Numbered from the stretch's first letter, positions 1 to 14,074 are shown. The stretch is 64,000 nt of DNA from the human T2T-CHM13v2.0 reference genome, Homo sapiens (GCF_009914755.1 NC_060936.1), one strand, 5' to 3'. Notes: generated from the sequence alone by a model not told the origin. Made by a program: numbers and translations.

Positions 1-1029
1 CAAAACCATCTCTACACCAAATTGAGAGACTGGAATTATAAGGTGAATGCAATTAACTGGCAGTCGCATCCATGTTGAGAACACAGTCATCCCTTTAATA
101 GAGAACATTTGCTGTGCTTGACAAACTCACAGTGAAATGGTTGGATCCATAGGAAGCAACATGCTGAAAATGGTTTCAATATGATCCTGTTTTTTCACTC
201 AATAGCCATTGATTGAGGGTGTCCAGCCAAAAACAATGAGAAAATGAGCCAACAATAGTCTTACCCTTTGACCATATTAGATAAAGTCGCAGCTGAAATT
301 TGTTATATGTTTCAGGAATAACAAAGCATCCATATGGAACATATATTTGGCAGTGTGGCAGCTGATGAAACCAGGAAAATTAGACAAATTATCAATTGCT
401 CGCTCCCAAATTACCCCAAAAAGAAATTAGATCCATTTTCAGTAGCTTTGCCTTCAAATTTCTTCATTCCGTGAGTCACCACTACCTTCTGCCAAACTAA
501 ATATGTCTATGAACGGCTGGAAACTTTAATGGAAAGAAACATAAAACTCAAACTACGTAGGAAAATTTAAGCTTCTTCATGGAAGATCTTCGTGGAAGAC
601 TAGCAAGTTAGGAATGTGTGAAGACAGACAACACATCGATAATTCCTTTTGTTTGGGGTCACTTCTGAGTTAGAGAGCAATGCAACATGCTGGCTTGACT
701 TCAAATTAAAATCAGCTTTTTCCTTTATTTCTTTTGTAAGCCTCCAATCCCTCAAACTACTAGGGTTTATTAAGGTACACAGTCCTACAGTCAGGTCGAT
801 CAGATTTGGGATAAAGAGACTTCATGATGTTATTCGATGGATGGTAGAAATTAGTAAATGAAGATTTCATGAATGGCTAAGAGCTTAATTTTCTAGAAAC
901 TATTCTGAGGTGTTACACCAGAAGAATATGACATAGCAGTTCACTTTGAGTGTATGGACTGTGGTTATGAGCACTACCCTCATATGAGTTTATTGAGGTT
1001 AAGTTTAAAGGGTCCAGCTGTGCAAAGAG

Positions 1030-1215
1030 CTCTGGACCAAGCATGAGGTGACTGAAATGTAGCCTTGGCTTTCCGACCAGTAGCTCCAGCTTTTCCGACC
1101 AACTTTTGTGACCTCATGCACATCATGTTTTTTCTGGACCTTGGTCCTTTCATCTGGGAAGTGAGAGCACTGGATCAGATTGCTCTATATGGTTCTTTCT
1201 AGCTCTCTAATTTTT
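1030..1215 (+). mobile_element. MIR-family SINE fragment
   Basis: Degenerate MIR core (tgtgacctc...cctttcatctgggaagtgag) and a MIR3-like 3' end. Confidence 0.55.
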
Positions 1216-2549
1216 CAATTCTGCATTGGCAAATAGAAACCACTTGTAGTGTTCTCTAAGGGCTGGTGCTCCAGCTGTGATTCATACCTTAGCCAGGGAT
1301 GTACCAGTTGTTGCATACCTTCCCTTGCCCAACACTACTCCTTTTAAATAACTCACATAGAAGTAGAGAGGAACTGAGTGGAGGTTCTGTTCTCACTTTC
1401 ATAAGTAGACCTTATTGGTGAGGGTCCAGTAGCCTTTGAAAATTACCTGTTGACTAGAGTTAGCTTAATCTTGAGCTAGGCATTTTCAGTGGAGCAGTGG
1501 TGAAGGGGTCCTAAGAGGTGACATCTCAAGTAGACTTGTTGACTTTTTTCTCCTATATCTTCAATCTCAGATCCAAAATGATGTCAGTAGCAAATTGTAA
1601 GTCATGGTATATATTCTGGGGACTGGAAGAAGGAAATAGCTTTTGGAATGACATTTTCAATATCAAATCAAGAAATTTTATTAAGTGCTCCATACTAGAT
1701 GCTGTGAAAAACAGGAGGGGGGAAAACCCTTAAAACTTAGTCTGTGTTCTTCTGAAAAAGCTCAAGATAAAATAGAGAGAATGAAAATTTACAGTAGCAG
1801 CAGTAGCAGTAGCCAGTATTTGATTGTGTGGTTCAAAAGTGTTACAACTGCATCAAATGTTGTGTCTCTGGGAGCCATGGGATGTGAGGCCCCTGGGATA
1901 GAAGAACCACAGGGTCACTGGTCCATATGGTGATAAAACTCACAATTTTGATTTCATCAAAGCCATTCTCAAACAAAAAAATTTAATTCCCCTAAGTCAG
2001 GCTGTGATAAGAAAACAGTTTGGATGTACAACTTGAGAGTGCGAAGATACTTTTTCTGATTAGTGAGTACATTTCCTCTGCTGAATGCTGCTTTTTGAGG
2101 CTAAGCAGAAATCACCAATAGCTGACTTGAGAGAATAGAAATCTTTTGCCTATATGTGATATCTCTCAGTGACTACCCAATCACCTCGTGGGGAACAAAG
2201 TCTTTAAGCAAGCTCAGTGTGGTAAAATGATAGGCCCCATCTCTTTGCTGCTTCTTCCAATGAGAGGAAATAGTGATACTGAGTGAGCATTCTGAAGATA
2301 CATTAATTAACTCTTGGGTGGTCTCAATGTAAAGTGATATGTGAACAGGAGGCAGCAACATGCTTTTCTTTTTTAATTAATGAGGTTGAGAAGATACACT
2401 GCCAAATTAACTTTTCCAGATTATAATTGTTGCCTAAGGTTTTACAGAAATCATGGCATTGATCTAATTTGTGAGCCATGATTTGGGATACAAGGCAAAA
2501 AGCATCCAATTCAGTTCATCAGTTGTGACTATTTGGATGGCCCTTCGTT

Positions 2550-3252
<703 letters not shown>

Positions 3253-3565
3253 TCAATCAAACTTCTAAGCACAGGGTTCTACTCTGAACCATTTCTGCCT
3301 GCCCTTCCTTCTCTTACTAAAATACATGAATTCCATGGCTATAAGGCAAGAAAGAAAAGGCCTGCAAAAGGTTTTAAATAGCCTATAGGAAGAACTTTTA
3401 TTTTTCAGAGAAAAGCTTTCAAAACCACAATGACTCTTCTCATGGCTTGCTCCAGGCAATGGACCATAGGCTCTGGATTAAACAGTGACTGAGAATTGAT
3501 GTGTTACTTTCACTCATGGTTTTCCAATCTCTCTAATTGCCTCTCTTCTGGAGACTTGTCTAGTC

Positions 3566-3785
3566 TAGGAATCTCGACTCGGGGGTGATTTTGCCCCCAG
3601 GGGTACATTTGGCAATGTCTGCAAACATTCTTGATGGTCGTGACTGGGAGGAAGGGACTGCTGGCACCTAGTGGATAGAGGCCAAGTATGTTACTAGTTA
3701 TCGTATAATGCACAGGGCAGCTCCCTCTCCCAGCAAAAAATAGTCTGACCCAAAATGTCAATAGTGTTGAGGCTGAAAAACTCTG
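3566..3785 (+). mobile_element. MER20 (hAT-Charlie), near full length
   Basis: gggggtgattttgcccccagggg..catttggcaatgtctg ... cccaaaatgtcaatagtgttgaggctgaaaaactctg matches the MER20 consensus. Confidence 0.9.
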
Positions 3786-3848
3786 TTGCCAATGGCGCTT
3801 GGGGAAAGTTGACTGAGGAGTATGAGAATAAGGTAAGATTTTAAAACA

Positions 3849-4235
<387 letters not shown>

Positions 4236-7200
4236 TTAAATCCATTTAATCCAGAATTCTAAGTCTTGGTGCTCCTTTCCCCAGTTTTACAGGTAATCAG
4301 GAGTTGGCTGCATGTGGGTTGGCTCAGTGCAGACTTTCTAAATCACTTGCCTCTGATGAAAGACCCATTTCATCAGGGTAAATGGCACAGAGGTAGTACC
4401 ATCTTCCCAGCAATACTCTCCGGATTGCTTCTATGTCTGACAAATTTTCAAAGTTTAAAAGGGTCCCTCAAAGAGCCTTTTAGTACCTCATAAAGACCAG
4501 AGATGAAAGAAGAAAACCAGAAGAGATTCATAGAGTATTTGCTTGGGAGTCTGCAAAAAAATCAGGTGTAAATTTCTTTTGGTTTGGGACAGTCAGAGAA
4601 ATCTCCAGAAAAAAAAAGCTGATCCAACAACTCGTCAGACTGTTTCAGATTTTCCAGGAGCGCAGCTTTGCTAAGTCATTCCAAAGCATTTCTACCAAAG
4701 TTGACATTGGAGAGAGTGACCATAGAGTCAGAATAGTATAATATACAATAATAGTCAAATTATGACCTTAAGTGGACGGAATGCCCAAAGTACATGTGAA
4801 GGCTTTGCACACCATATAGGAGACAGGCAGGGAATCACTTTAGTTTGTACAAATTTCCACAGCGAGGGAGCAAAAGTGTTAACCTAAGTCTCAGGTGAAT
4901 TTATTGAAAGGAAGGAACCAACAAGATCTATGCTCATTTGGATGAATTTGATTGGTGGCTTCTCTTGGTCATTTTAATTTACCAGGTAACTTTGACACAG
5001 ACATGGCTAATTGTTGCTAAATGGAGGAATACTGCAGTGGGATGAGAAAAGAGAATCACAGTATCTTCTCCCTTTGTCACTAATTAGCTGTGTGACTTTG
5101 CACATGTCACTTCTCTCTGGATTTCAGTCAGCATTTGGCTAATTCTTATTATTATCATTTTCATGTACATGAATGTATGGGGTAAAAGTGCAGTTTTGAT
5201 ACATGACTAGATTGCATAATATTGACAAGTTTATTTTTCAAGGACTTCTAAGTTTGTAGCAATCTTCAATTTTATTTTCTTTGAACAATCGGGTAGTTTT
5301 AAGAGGGAGAGATTACAGAGATGTATACTTAATCAATAATCAGGTTCTTGGGTATTTCCTCCCCTCTTTTTGACCCCTCTTTTTTTTGGCATGGAAATCT
5401 TTATTCCTGCAGAATGCCTGAGCATTTAATGCAAAAGATTTTAATTTAAAAGAGGCTGTTTGGTCTCTGCTGGTTGCACAATTTCTCTTTGTGTCTGTGC
5501 TGCTGATGATCAAATATTGCAAAGCCATTAATTACCTTAGGACAAATGCAGAGGGCCACATGCAAAGGTTCTGGCCAGTTGCAGAAAGCAATATGCCAGA
5601 TGTAAAGTAAGTGAAGGGTTTTTCTTGGTATTTAAGGTTCAGTGAAAAAGTAAGAGGGGCAGCTATGCCAAGAATGAAAAGCTAGAGCTTGCCAAGTGCT
5701 TCTTTAAGTGGCTTTAGCCAATGTGAGACTAAACAATGCATTAAATAGGCATACAACTTACTGCAGTTAGGGAATTGCTTGTCAAATAACACCTCTTTGC
5801 TATGTTTTAAACATGATCTCATGTATAGATAAAGACAAACAAAATGTTGTGTTGTCATCTCCTTAGTCTAACAGCTAATAAGGCCTGGGGGTTTGAACTT
5901 TCCAGGCAACCTAAAGTAATTCTTTGGGATGTCTCATGGAGAGGTGTACGATGGAACTCTGCCAGGGCGGCAGCTCAATGCGAAAACGATTTTTTGCCAC
6001 CATGGGTTGTCAAAGATGTCTGGCTGCACAAAAGAGCAAAGCCCTTGCAGGCTGTTATCGAGAACAATGAGACATCTCCTTGGGAGAGACCTTGTGGCTA
6101 TTTTCACTGTGTCTGAATCTGTGGTGTGGGCTGTAAAACCAGAAGGAAGGCTGCTGAAGAGATGAAGTCAGCTCTAATGGAGATCTTGGGCAATGATGGC
6201 ACGACACAAGATGTCTGGTCAAAGTATTGGAGGCCCATTGAATTAGCAGAATGCCAAAATTCTCTCCTGGATCCAAAATGTCTCCCCTACCAGCCACTGG
6301 AGATAGGATACATTTCAATACCAATGGTCTTCAAACAGCTCGTTGAGTAATACCAGCAAAGGTGGCGGTCTTGCATCCCAACCACTGGCTGCTCCCACAT
6401 CTCCTTTATTTTGGGGAAGTTTCTTCCTGCCTGGATTATGGTGTCTGTGACCACCTCCCATTACTACGACTCTAATAGCACCCCAAGAAAAAGTTTGGTC
6501 CAATTAAACAGCATTTTTTTAGTAGGTCTTTGAGAAAGACCAATTAAACAAATAGTTGCAAGTAATGAAGCACTTGAGGTTTGCAGGAAGAGGAAGAAGA
6601 TTTGAAGTTGGGCAGAAGAGAAGCTCCCCAGATCCTACTGCATATCCTGGTGTATACAGGTGAGTTGCAGTGTTCTGTCTGAATTCAGTCTGTGAAGGGT
6701 CTTGTACAGCAGCAGCCTCTAATTAGCCTCTTCTAAAAGAAGACTTTTCTTGTGCATCCTGAGGAAGTTTTCTTAGAATTTCCTCAATTTTTCCAGAAGC
6801 TAAAATATAGGGTCATTACATAGATATCTCTCTCATGCCTCTTTTCAAGAAAGTGTTCAAAATCAATTTAGTCACCCTGGGATTCTTGCTCCTTATCTCC
6901 CAGAAGACTACTGGGATTTTGGAAGCATCTCCCTATGCTACACACTTCTTGGAGGCAAGAGAACCTAGCTTTGTTTCTGGAACCATTCAGTGGGGTAAGT
7001 TACAAAATGTTCATGTCTCACATTTCTCATTTGTCCCATGAAGCAATAATCTTTGCCCACCAAAAGTGGAGTCAAGACAAAGTGAGAGAGCTGATACAAC
7101 TGGATTTTGAAAAAGTAAATATACTAGATAAACATAACATTCTTCATGTGATTATTACTAATACTACTACATAATTCTTACTACTCATAATAGGTTTTTA

Positions 7201-7308
7201 ATCAGCTGCCGCCAAGGAGAGAAAATGAGTGTGTAATTAATTGGGCCGTTCATATACCTCAGCATTGGCAATAGATTCTGCAATTGATCTCAGAAGAGAA
7301 TAATTAAG

Positions 7309-7545
7309 TGTAATAGCTCACATATGTGGTGCTTACTGTGTGCCAGGCAATATTCTAAGTTAACATATTCCAATATAATAACTAATTTAATCCTAACACC
7401 AACTCTATAAGGCAGGCCCCATTTTACAGATGAGAAAATTGAGGAACAAACAGGTTAAATAACTTGCTCAAGATCACTCACCAAGTAAGTTGCAGAGCTG
7501 GGGTTCAAACCTGAAGTGTTTGGCAATAGAGGCCATGCCCTTGGT
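7309..7545 (-). mobile_element. MIR (MIRb-like), near full length
   Basis: cccattttacagatgagaaaattgagg..aggttaaataacttgctcaagatcac core plus 3' tail. Confidence 0.9.
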
Positions 7546-7763
7546 CTTGAACCCTTCGCTCTCCTGTTTATAACTCTCCATCAGGAGGGAGATGGTCTTG
7601 AAGGGCATTAGCATGTCAGAAAAAAATGCAAATTATTTTCTAATTTTGCATCATTTTCTTAGTGGTCCTATGGTTGCAGAAACTGGTCCTTTACTATTTA
7701 AAGACAGGAACAAGCATTTGGGGTCAATATAAAAACACATTGCTTCTCTTTAATAATATCTGT

Positions 7764-7998
7764 AGCCTATTAGCTTAGTGGTACTAATGAGGCCAGGGTC
7801 ATAAGGTCAAACCCCACATGTACCAATTAGTTTCAAAGAGAAAAGCTTTCCCACAGCTAGTGACTGTACCCCTAACTTTGACCAGCTGTCACACAGATGC
7901 ATAGCAGGCAGTCTAAGGGGTACCAATAAAAGGAATGAAAATGATGCAACTCAAATCCAGCCCCACTCAAAACAATGCTAATGGTGGGTGAGTGTGAT
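7764..7998 (+). mobile_element. Ancient tRNA-Ile-headed SINE (MamSINE1-like)
   Basis: The head aligns to tRNA-Ile(AAT) with the D-arm deleted. The body (gactgtacccctaac..ccagctgtc...aatggtgggtgagt) follows MamSINE1 as recalled. Confidence 0.75.
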
Positions 7999-10254
7999 GT
8001 CAAATTCACCAATTATACACTCTCTTCTTTAATTGAAAAGGTAATAGGCTGGGAAGAGGCTTTTGGTGAAGGTTTAGAAACCTGTAGATTCTTATTTGTC
8101 CCCTCTAATTTAATAAAGGGCATCTAAAAATGTACATACTCACTTGACCTCACAGTCAGGAGAGTGAGAGAATGTAAAGATGAGAACTGTCAGTGGGTCT
8201 ATCCTAACAAAGAAAAATGACAGTCTGTTTTCATGAAGCGTGTGCTTCTTTGGCTCCTTAGTCCAAAAGACCTGCATGTATTTGGTCATATCTAAGCTTC
8301 TATTCCATCCCCGAGGGGTTGAAATCCAGCTTAAAGCAAAACAAAACGAAGAATCTGGCTCCTCTTACTTTAACTGGGTGGAATCTCCTATCTCTGGGGA
8401 CCAACAGAAACTATGTAAATAAGATAAAAGAGACTAAATGTTATTTGGTCACTACTTAAATCCAAGGTTGTTCTTTCTTGAATAGCACCAGAGCTTTGTT
8501 AAATACAACCTAGACTATGAGTCTGTTAAAGCTAGAAGAGGTCATTTATTTTAATAAAATTCCCTTGTTCTATGGACAAGGACGTTTAGACCCAGGAAGT
8601 TTAAATGCCTGCCAAACTCCTACAACTAATGAACGACAGGTCTGGGAGTAGTTTTCTGGGCAGTATATATCAAAGGAAAGAAGCTTGACTTAATAATAAT
8701 AACCTAGATCTAAGAAGGTTGTTGCAATCAATAACAATGAAAGTTCATTGTAAAGTTTCACTTAAAGCTCTTACAAAACAGTCTGTTTTAACCCATGAAG
8801 AATGCCATTCGTTTATTCAGACCTGTTCTTAATAACTATACATTGGAAGTATGTTTTACAAAAGCTATAAATCCTGAAGAGCTGAAAGAATATCCAACTT
8901 GGCTTTTCTAATTGATTTACTTCTCCATTTCCCCAGACCGCCAAGGTAAAGCATATACAGTTTATTTAAGGGACTGTTTATAGACTCTTAAAACTTAAAA
9001 AGACCCCAGAAACTCTCTTTCTTTCAGTTGCTCTTAATTGAAACCATCCAAGATGGTTGGTTGTCTGTCAATTTTTTAAGAATCTCCAAGGAGAGAAATT
9101 CCACGGGCCCATAGCAGCATGTTAAAATGGTTAATCACCATGGCTGTCAAAAATTATATCTATGGTAAGCTTCACTTCTCCTATTTCATTTGAAGCTCTT
9201 TTTCTCTTGGTGTTTTTCATGCAAAATGAGGTTGTAATGAGCCACCCTTTATAAGGGCTCCATCAATCTAGTAAGAAAATCGCTAGCTCCTTCCCAATGT
9301 GCTTTCATCTCCATTATGCCACCATTTTTCTCACAGGACTGCAAGAACACAAGGCTGGCTGATAGGCTCTCCTATCTTCCCTATGATGCATAGGAAAGAA
9401 TGAGTAATTAGCTCTTCATTGGGTCTTTCATTTCATAAAATGTCTAGGGAAGCTGCATTAATTATACATGAACTGTTCCATTTATGATGGGATAATGTTC
9501 ACAAACAGATAATCTAGAAGGTTGCTTTCACTTGCTGTAGTGGAACTTGGGCTTGAAGGGGAATATGAGCTCAATTCACATCATTGGGTCAATCTACACA
9601 CAGTAAGCATTACAAAATATTTTATTCAGAACAGTTCTAATAGAGTTAAAAAAAAACTCTCCTTGTTAAATATTGCAGATTGACAAAAATGATAGATATG
9701 GAGGCAATTTTCTTTTAGATGTTTGAATTTCAAACTAAAATCAGAAACTGCCTTCTACTACTAAAAAAATTGTACTTCCAAAATGGATTTGAAGCAGTTT
9801 AAAATAAAAGTCACAGCCACAATAAAACTTTGAAAATAAGTGTAAAGAGAATAATAGGAGTCAACTGACAGTGTATAGAGGTGGGGAAGAATGCTTCCCT
9901 CTAAAAAGTATTTCAAAGACTATGTGCTTAGAGCTGACTTCTCCACACACAGTAAATCTCAGCGGATGAAAAGGAAACTGAATGAAATTTGTTGACAACA
10001 ATTGATGCCTGTAGGAATAATTGGCTCAGACACAAAACAGACATCAATGTAGCCTGGGGATGACCAAAATGCAGCAGCCTCTAAGTCATTGTTAGTATAT
10101 ATTTTTTCAGTTCAAAAAAAAATAAAAGCAGTTTTATTAAATAACTAGATAACCATGAGGTGAGAAGTATTGTCCACAGTACTTGACAACCTTAATTCTT
10201 GATGGTTCTTAAGACCAAGATCCCAAACAAGTAATTCCATTCTATTCGATTGGA

Positions 10255-10640
10255 TTCAACTAGACTCAATTCAATTCAATTCAATCCTGTCAGTTCAACA
10301 ATCAAATATGGGCAGCTACTATAGCATCCAGGCTATGAGCTAGACACTTGGATTCAAATGTAAATAAATATGTCCTTTGGCATCAAGAAGCCCATTGACA
10401 GGGTATTATTCTTGGCAGGGTAGACCAAAATATTCAAGAAAAACATAAAGGATATAATTTATTCTCCATGGTTATTTTTCTCTTATGACAATAATACTTA
10501 GTTGCATTTTTCTTTTACCACTCAACTGTAAGCCCCTTGAAAACAAGGTCAATCTCTCATTCATTTCTAGGCATCTCATTCATATCTCATTCAATGCTTA
10601 CACATAACAGATGCTCCATCAATGTTTTGAATTACATGAA
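10255..10640. mobile_element. Two L2 3'-end fragments in opposite orientation
   Basis: (TCAAT)n tail with reverse L2 end at about 10255-10400; forward L2 end (ctgtaagccccttgaa...tgctccatcaatg) at about 10520-10640. Confidence 0.55.
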
Positions 10641-12871
10641 AATAATCTAAATGGACTAATTTCTTTTGGGCAAATAAGATTGTCCAGTTGACTAGAAAGT
10701 TAGCAAGAATACTTTTGGGCATGAAGGTATGTTGGACACTTCTGTGCATGAGGGTATGTCGGATTAACATAAGTCATGGAATTCTATAAGGCAAAACTCA
10801 TGACACACATATTTTCAATGACAATACTGACAAGAACATATGATTTACAAAGCCACTTTCTAGCTAAAGTCATATAGTAAGAATCAAGATTTGCTATATA
10901 TAACATTTCCTTTTCAAGTTATTGAGATACAATTTTTAAAAATTTGCTGAAATTTGATTGTTGCAGTAACAGAATAAGAGAACCTGGAAATTGGTTTCCA
11001 TTTTAGTTGTCCAATATCCTTAAGTGTCTGTGCAAACACTTATAAGTATCATACAGTTACTTAGGAACAATCATTTTTTCCATTCTCATTTTTCATCATT
11101 TAATGCAAACATCATAGGCATAGAAAGATCCAGTTTTCATGCACTGTGCATGGAAATTCTGGAGCAATGTCGTGTTGAACATCACAATTCAACCTGGCAC
11201 GTAACAGAGGACACTTCTAGGCTTGGCAATTACCTAGTGAACTGGATCAAAGGAAATTGCACAAATGGATTATCAAGGAAAAAAAAAGTCCCCTTGGGCA
11301 TAATAAGTGAGAACCACTTTTTCATTTCTTTAAAAAATGAGGATCAGTAGCTGCAAATTATAGAATAATTATGACCCACTGTTGGATCATGTGATGTCCC
11401 ACAGTTATCTTCCACAGGATATTTTAAAGGTAAAACAAGTCTGCTATTGGAAAATCACTCACCCAATGCACTCATTCATCTGCTCTGCAACAGAGAACTG
11501 GATAGAATTGCTTTATTGCCAGAAAAATAAATGAGTTCGTTCAATTAAAGGACTGGCTGGAAGCAAATAGTGGGAATTTGCCTATTCAAATAGTAGAAGG
11601 CACTTCTGATTCTTTGTCACTAGTGATTTAAAAACTATTTGTTGCCAAATCCACTGTAAGTACTGATCGCCAATACCCTCACAAGCCTCTTTCTTCCCAT
11701 CTCCCTTACTGATCTCCAGACTGGTATACACAGGCCACCCTCTACCCTGCCAGTCATACACACACATACCCCACCTGCCTAGAGAGAGGCTGACATTTGG
11801 GAAGGATGAGAGAGACTTCAAGTGTGTGAGTCATCACAGGAGCTATTCAAAGCATAGTGGGTAACTGAGGTAAGCTGTCTACACTGGAGTGATATGAACC
11901 TTTAAGAATGACTCATGCTCAGTTTCCTGGAACTCTCTAAAACTCCAAAGAATTATAAGGAACAAGCATCTGGCTTTAAATCTTTCTCTGTCCTATAATA
12001 TACAGTGAGATAGATGCATGGGAGCTAGATTCTTTAAGTGATCAGTTCCCACAGGAATCATTGACTTTTGCTTGTGTGTATTATTTATACGCCTTGACTT
12101 GGCTGTCTACTTTTTACTGGCTGTTGACTTTCTAATCACCTAAGAGCTATTTAAGAGATAAGTGATTCTGTACTTGTCAGAGACCCTTTTCCAGATGGTG
12201 ATATCATTGATGGGTCCCGGAGAAGAACTATGCCAAAAGAGAGCAACAACAAAAAAATCAAGGTCAAGTGGCATAGAGGGCAAATCAGTATGGCATTTCA
12301 GTTTGCATTTAGAGACAGTCTGTGTATTTGCAAACAGGCCTGCCTTTAAGGGGAGTTAACCTTCTGTCTGTTCATGGTGATTTCATATTGAATGGAGACA
12401 TCTAGGATATGCCCTTTAATATTTTTTTTCCCAGATCCACATGACTGGAGAGTCCTTACTATTTTACTCCAAATCACATAGCACTTAAAGCAGCCCTGCA
12501 TGTGTTCCATATGTTTATATGTGCGCCCATAGGTTTTGAAAACAAAAACATCAATACCTCAGGGTTATTTTGTCCTGTCCTTTCATTGAAAGGAATGGAA
12601 TAGTGAGGTGGATCATAATAGTTGAAAGAAGGCTTAGCAGGAAGTAGTTAAAGACGAATTGTTAAGGAGGAAAATTCCATCCTAGATCTGCAAAACCTGC
12701 CAAAGTCCCGCCAAAACACTATGCTTACTTTAAGGTGAGGAATCTCAGAGGCCTAGGATGGCTGCCAGATACGGGCACTCATTCAGTTATTCACACACTC
12801 CCTGCGGTTGTAAATCCACAGAGCTGTACACTTTAGACTTGAGCAGCACATTGAGAGGGAGGGCTACTTAC

Positions 12872-13028
12872 TGAAATAAAAGCCCCTGTCTCCACACACG
12901 AACTGAAGAGCATCCACCAGCTCAGCCCCGCAGAGCGTCTCCGGTCCAGCCGTGGCAGAGCTGGTGAAGGTGAGCAGGCACAGCGCCAGGTAGAAGAGAT
13001 GCGAGGAGGACATGGTGTGCATCTTCAC
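12872..13028 (-). CDS. IGF1: IGF1 exon 3: end of signal peptide plus start of mature B domain
   Basis: Minus strand reads CAG|GTG AAG ATG CAC...TAT TTC A|GTAAGT. 157 nt encode [52 protein letters not shown] plus 1 nt, matching human prepro-IGF-I. Splice sites are canonical. Confidence 0.99.
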
Positions 13029-13610
13029 CTGCCCAAGAAACAGAGGGAGGGTCAGGTTTCCTCCTTGATCCTTGCAAGGGGAGTGGGGTGGGACAGAAGT
13101 GCATTGACTCCCACGATTCCACGACTGTCATTAATCAGGACTACCCAGCACAGAAGCCAATAGAGTACATGAGAACCCAGAGGGAGTTGTGGATGGAGCG
13201 TGTCTCGGCATCCAACAACCTGTGTTTATTCCCCTGGCTACTGTGGATCTTTGGAGGAGTCCTCCCTGAACCCTTTCTTTATGGGTTCCTATTTCAATGA
13301 ATTGAGACAAAATATCTAGAAACGTTTACTACGGAAATGAAAGATGCTATTATTACAGTGGGATCCCATATCACTCTGAGACCCTGGTAGAACTTTTGAA
13401 TTATCAAAGGTTAAATTGTGCTCAGTACAGATTTGGGGCCAAATAAGTTTTGTTAATTTAAATTCTCTCAATATTGGCCATCCATAGATGGTATATGCAT
13501 TCATTATTGAGCAGAATATTTTTAACCAAAACATCATTCCCTATTTTTGACTAAAAATAATTTACTATGGCCAAAAAATGGCTTTTGACAATACTATATA
13601 TCATCACAGG

Positions 13611-13635
13611 GTTTTGTTTTTGTTTTGTTTCCTCA

Positions 13636-13673
<38 letters not shown>
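13611..13673. repeat. (GTTTT)n plus (GA)17 microsatellite in IGF1 intron 2
   Basis: Read directly; probably the intron-2 CT-repeat marker used in IGF1 association studies (from memory). Confidence 0.9.
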
Positions 13674-13676
<3 letters not shown>

Positions 13677-14074
13677 ATTCCTTACCTGGGGCATATCAGC
13701 AGTTGACACAACCACAAATAGAAGAAAATAACAGAAACAGAAAAAAATATGAGAATCGAAGAATGAAATTGGCTCAAATAGAAACCACTCCTGTATTCTA
13801 AAGTCCCTGGCCTCAAGTCCAATATCAAATCAACACGTGTTGAGAATCCCTTCTGTGTATAGGGCACTGGGCTCAAACTGGCAAAAATCTTTTATTTTAT
13901 TTTTAGTCACAGGAATTATGGCTTCATCTCTTGGAGGGACTTATGTGTCACTGTATCTATTTTATAGCAAAATATACCAAGGGACCCCTGGTTGGCATGA
14001 CTTAGTCAATGATAGACTGCCAAACGGCAGCCTTGCCAAAAGCAGCAGTCCTGTGGCTCAAGTCTTCATCCTCA

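Noticed and set aside
5844-6350. Cluster of overlapping ORFs as a nested gene or processed pseudogene
   Set aside because: No recognisable protein family, poly-A, TSD or convincing splice structure.
7764-7826. Functional tRNA-Ile gene
   Set aside because: The D-arm is deleted, the stems are mismatched and it runs into a SINE body.
12723-12732. Alternative exon 3 donor AAA|GTAAGC
   Set aside because: Weaker than the authentic donor, and an in-frame TAG occurs just after the exon end; nothing supports its use.
12922-13131. 69-aa minus-strand ORF overlapping exon 3
   Set aside because: It is an alternative reading frame of IGF1 exon 3 that starts in the intron; the real frame is spliced.
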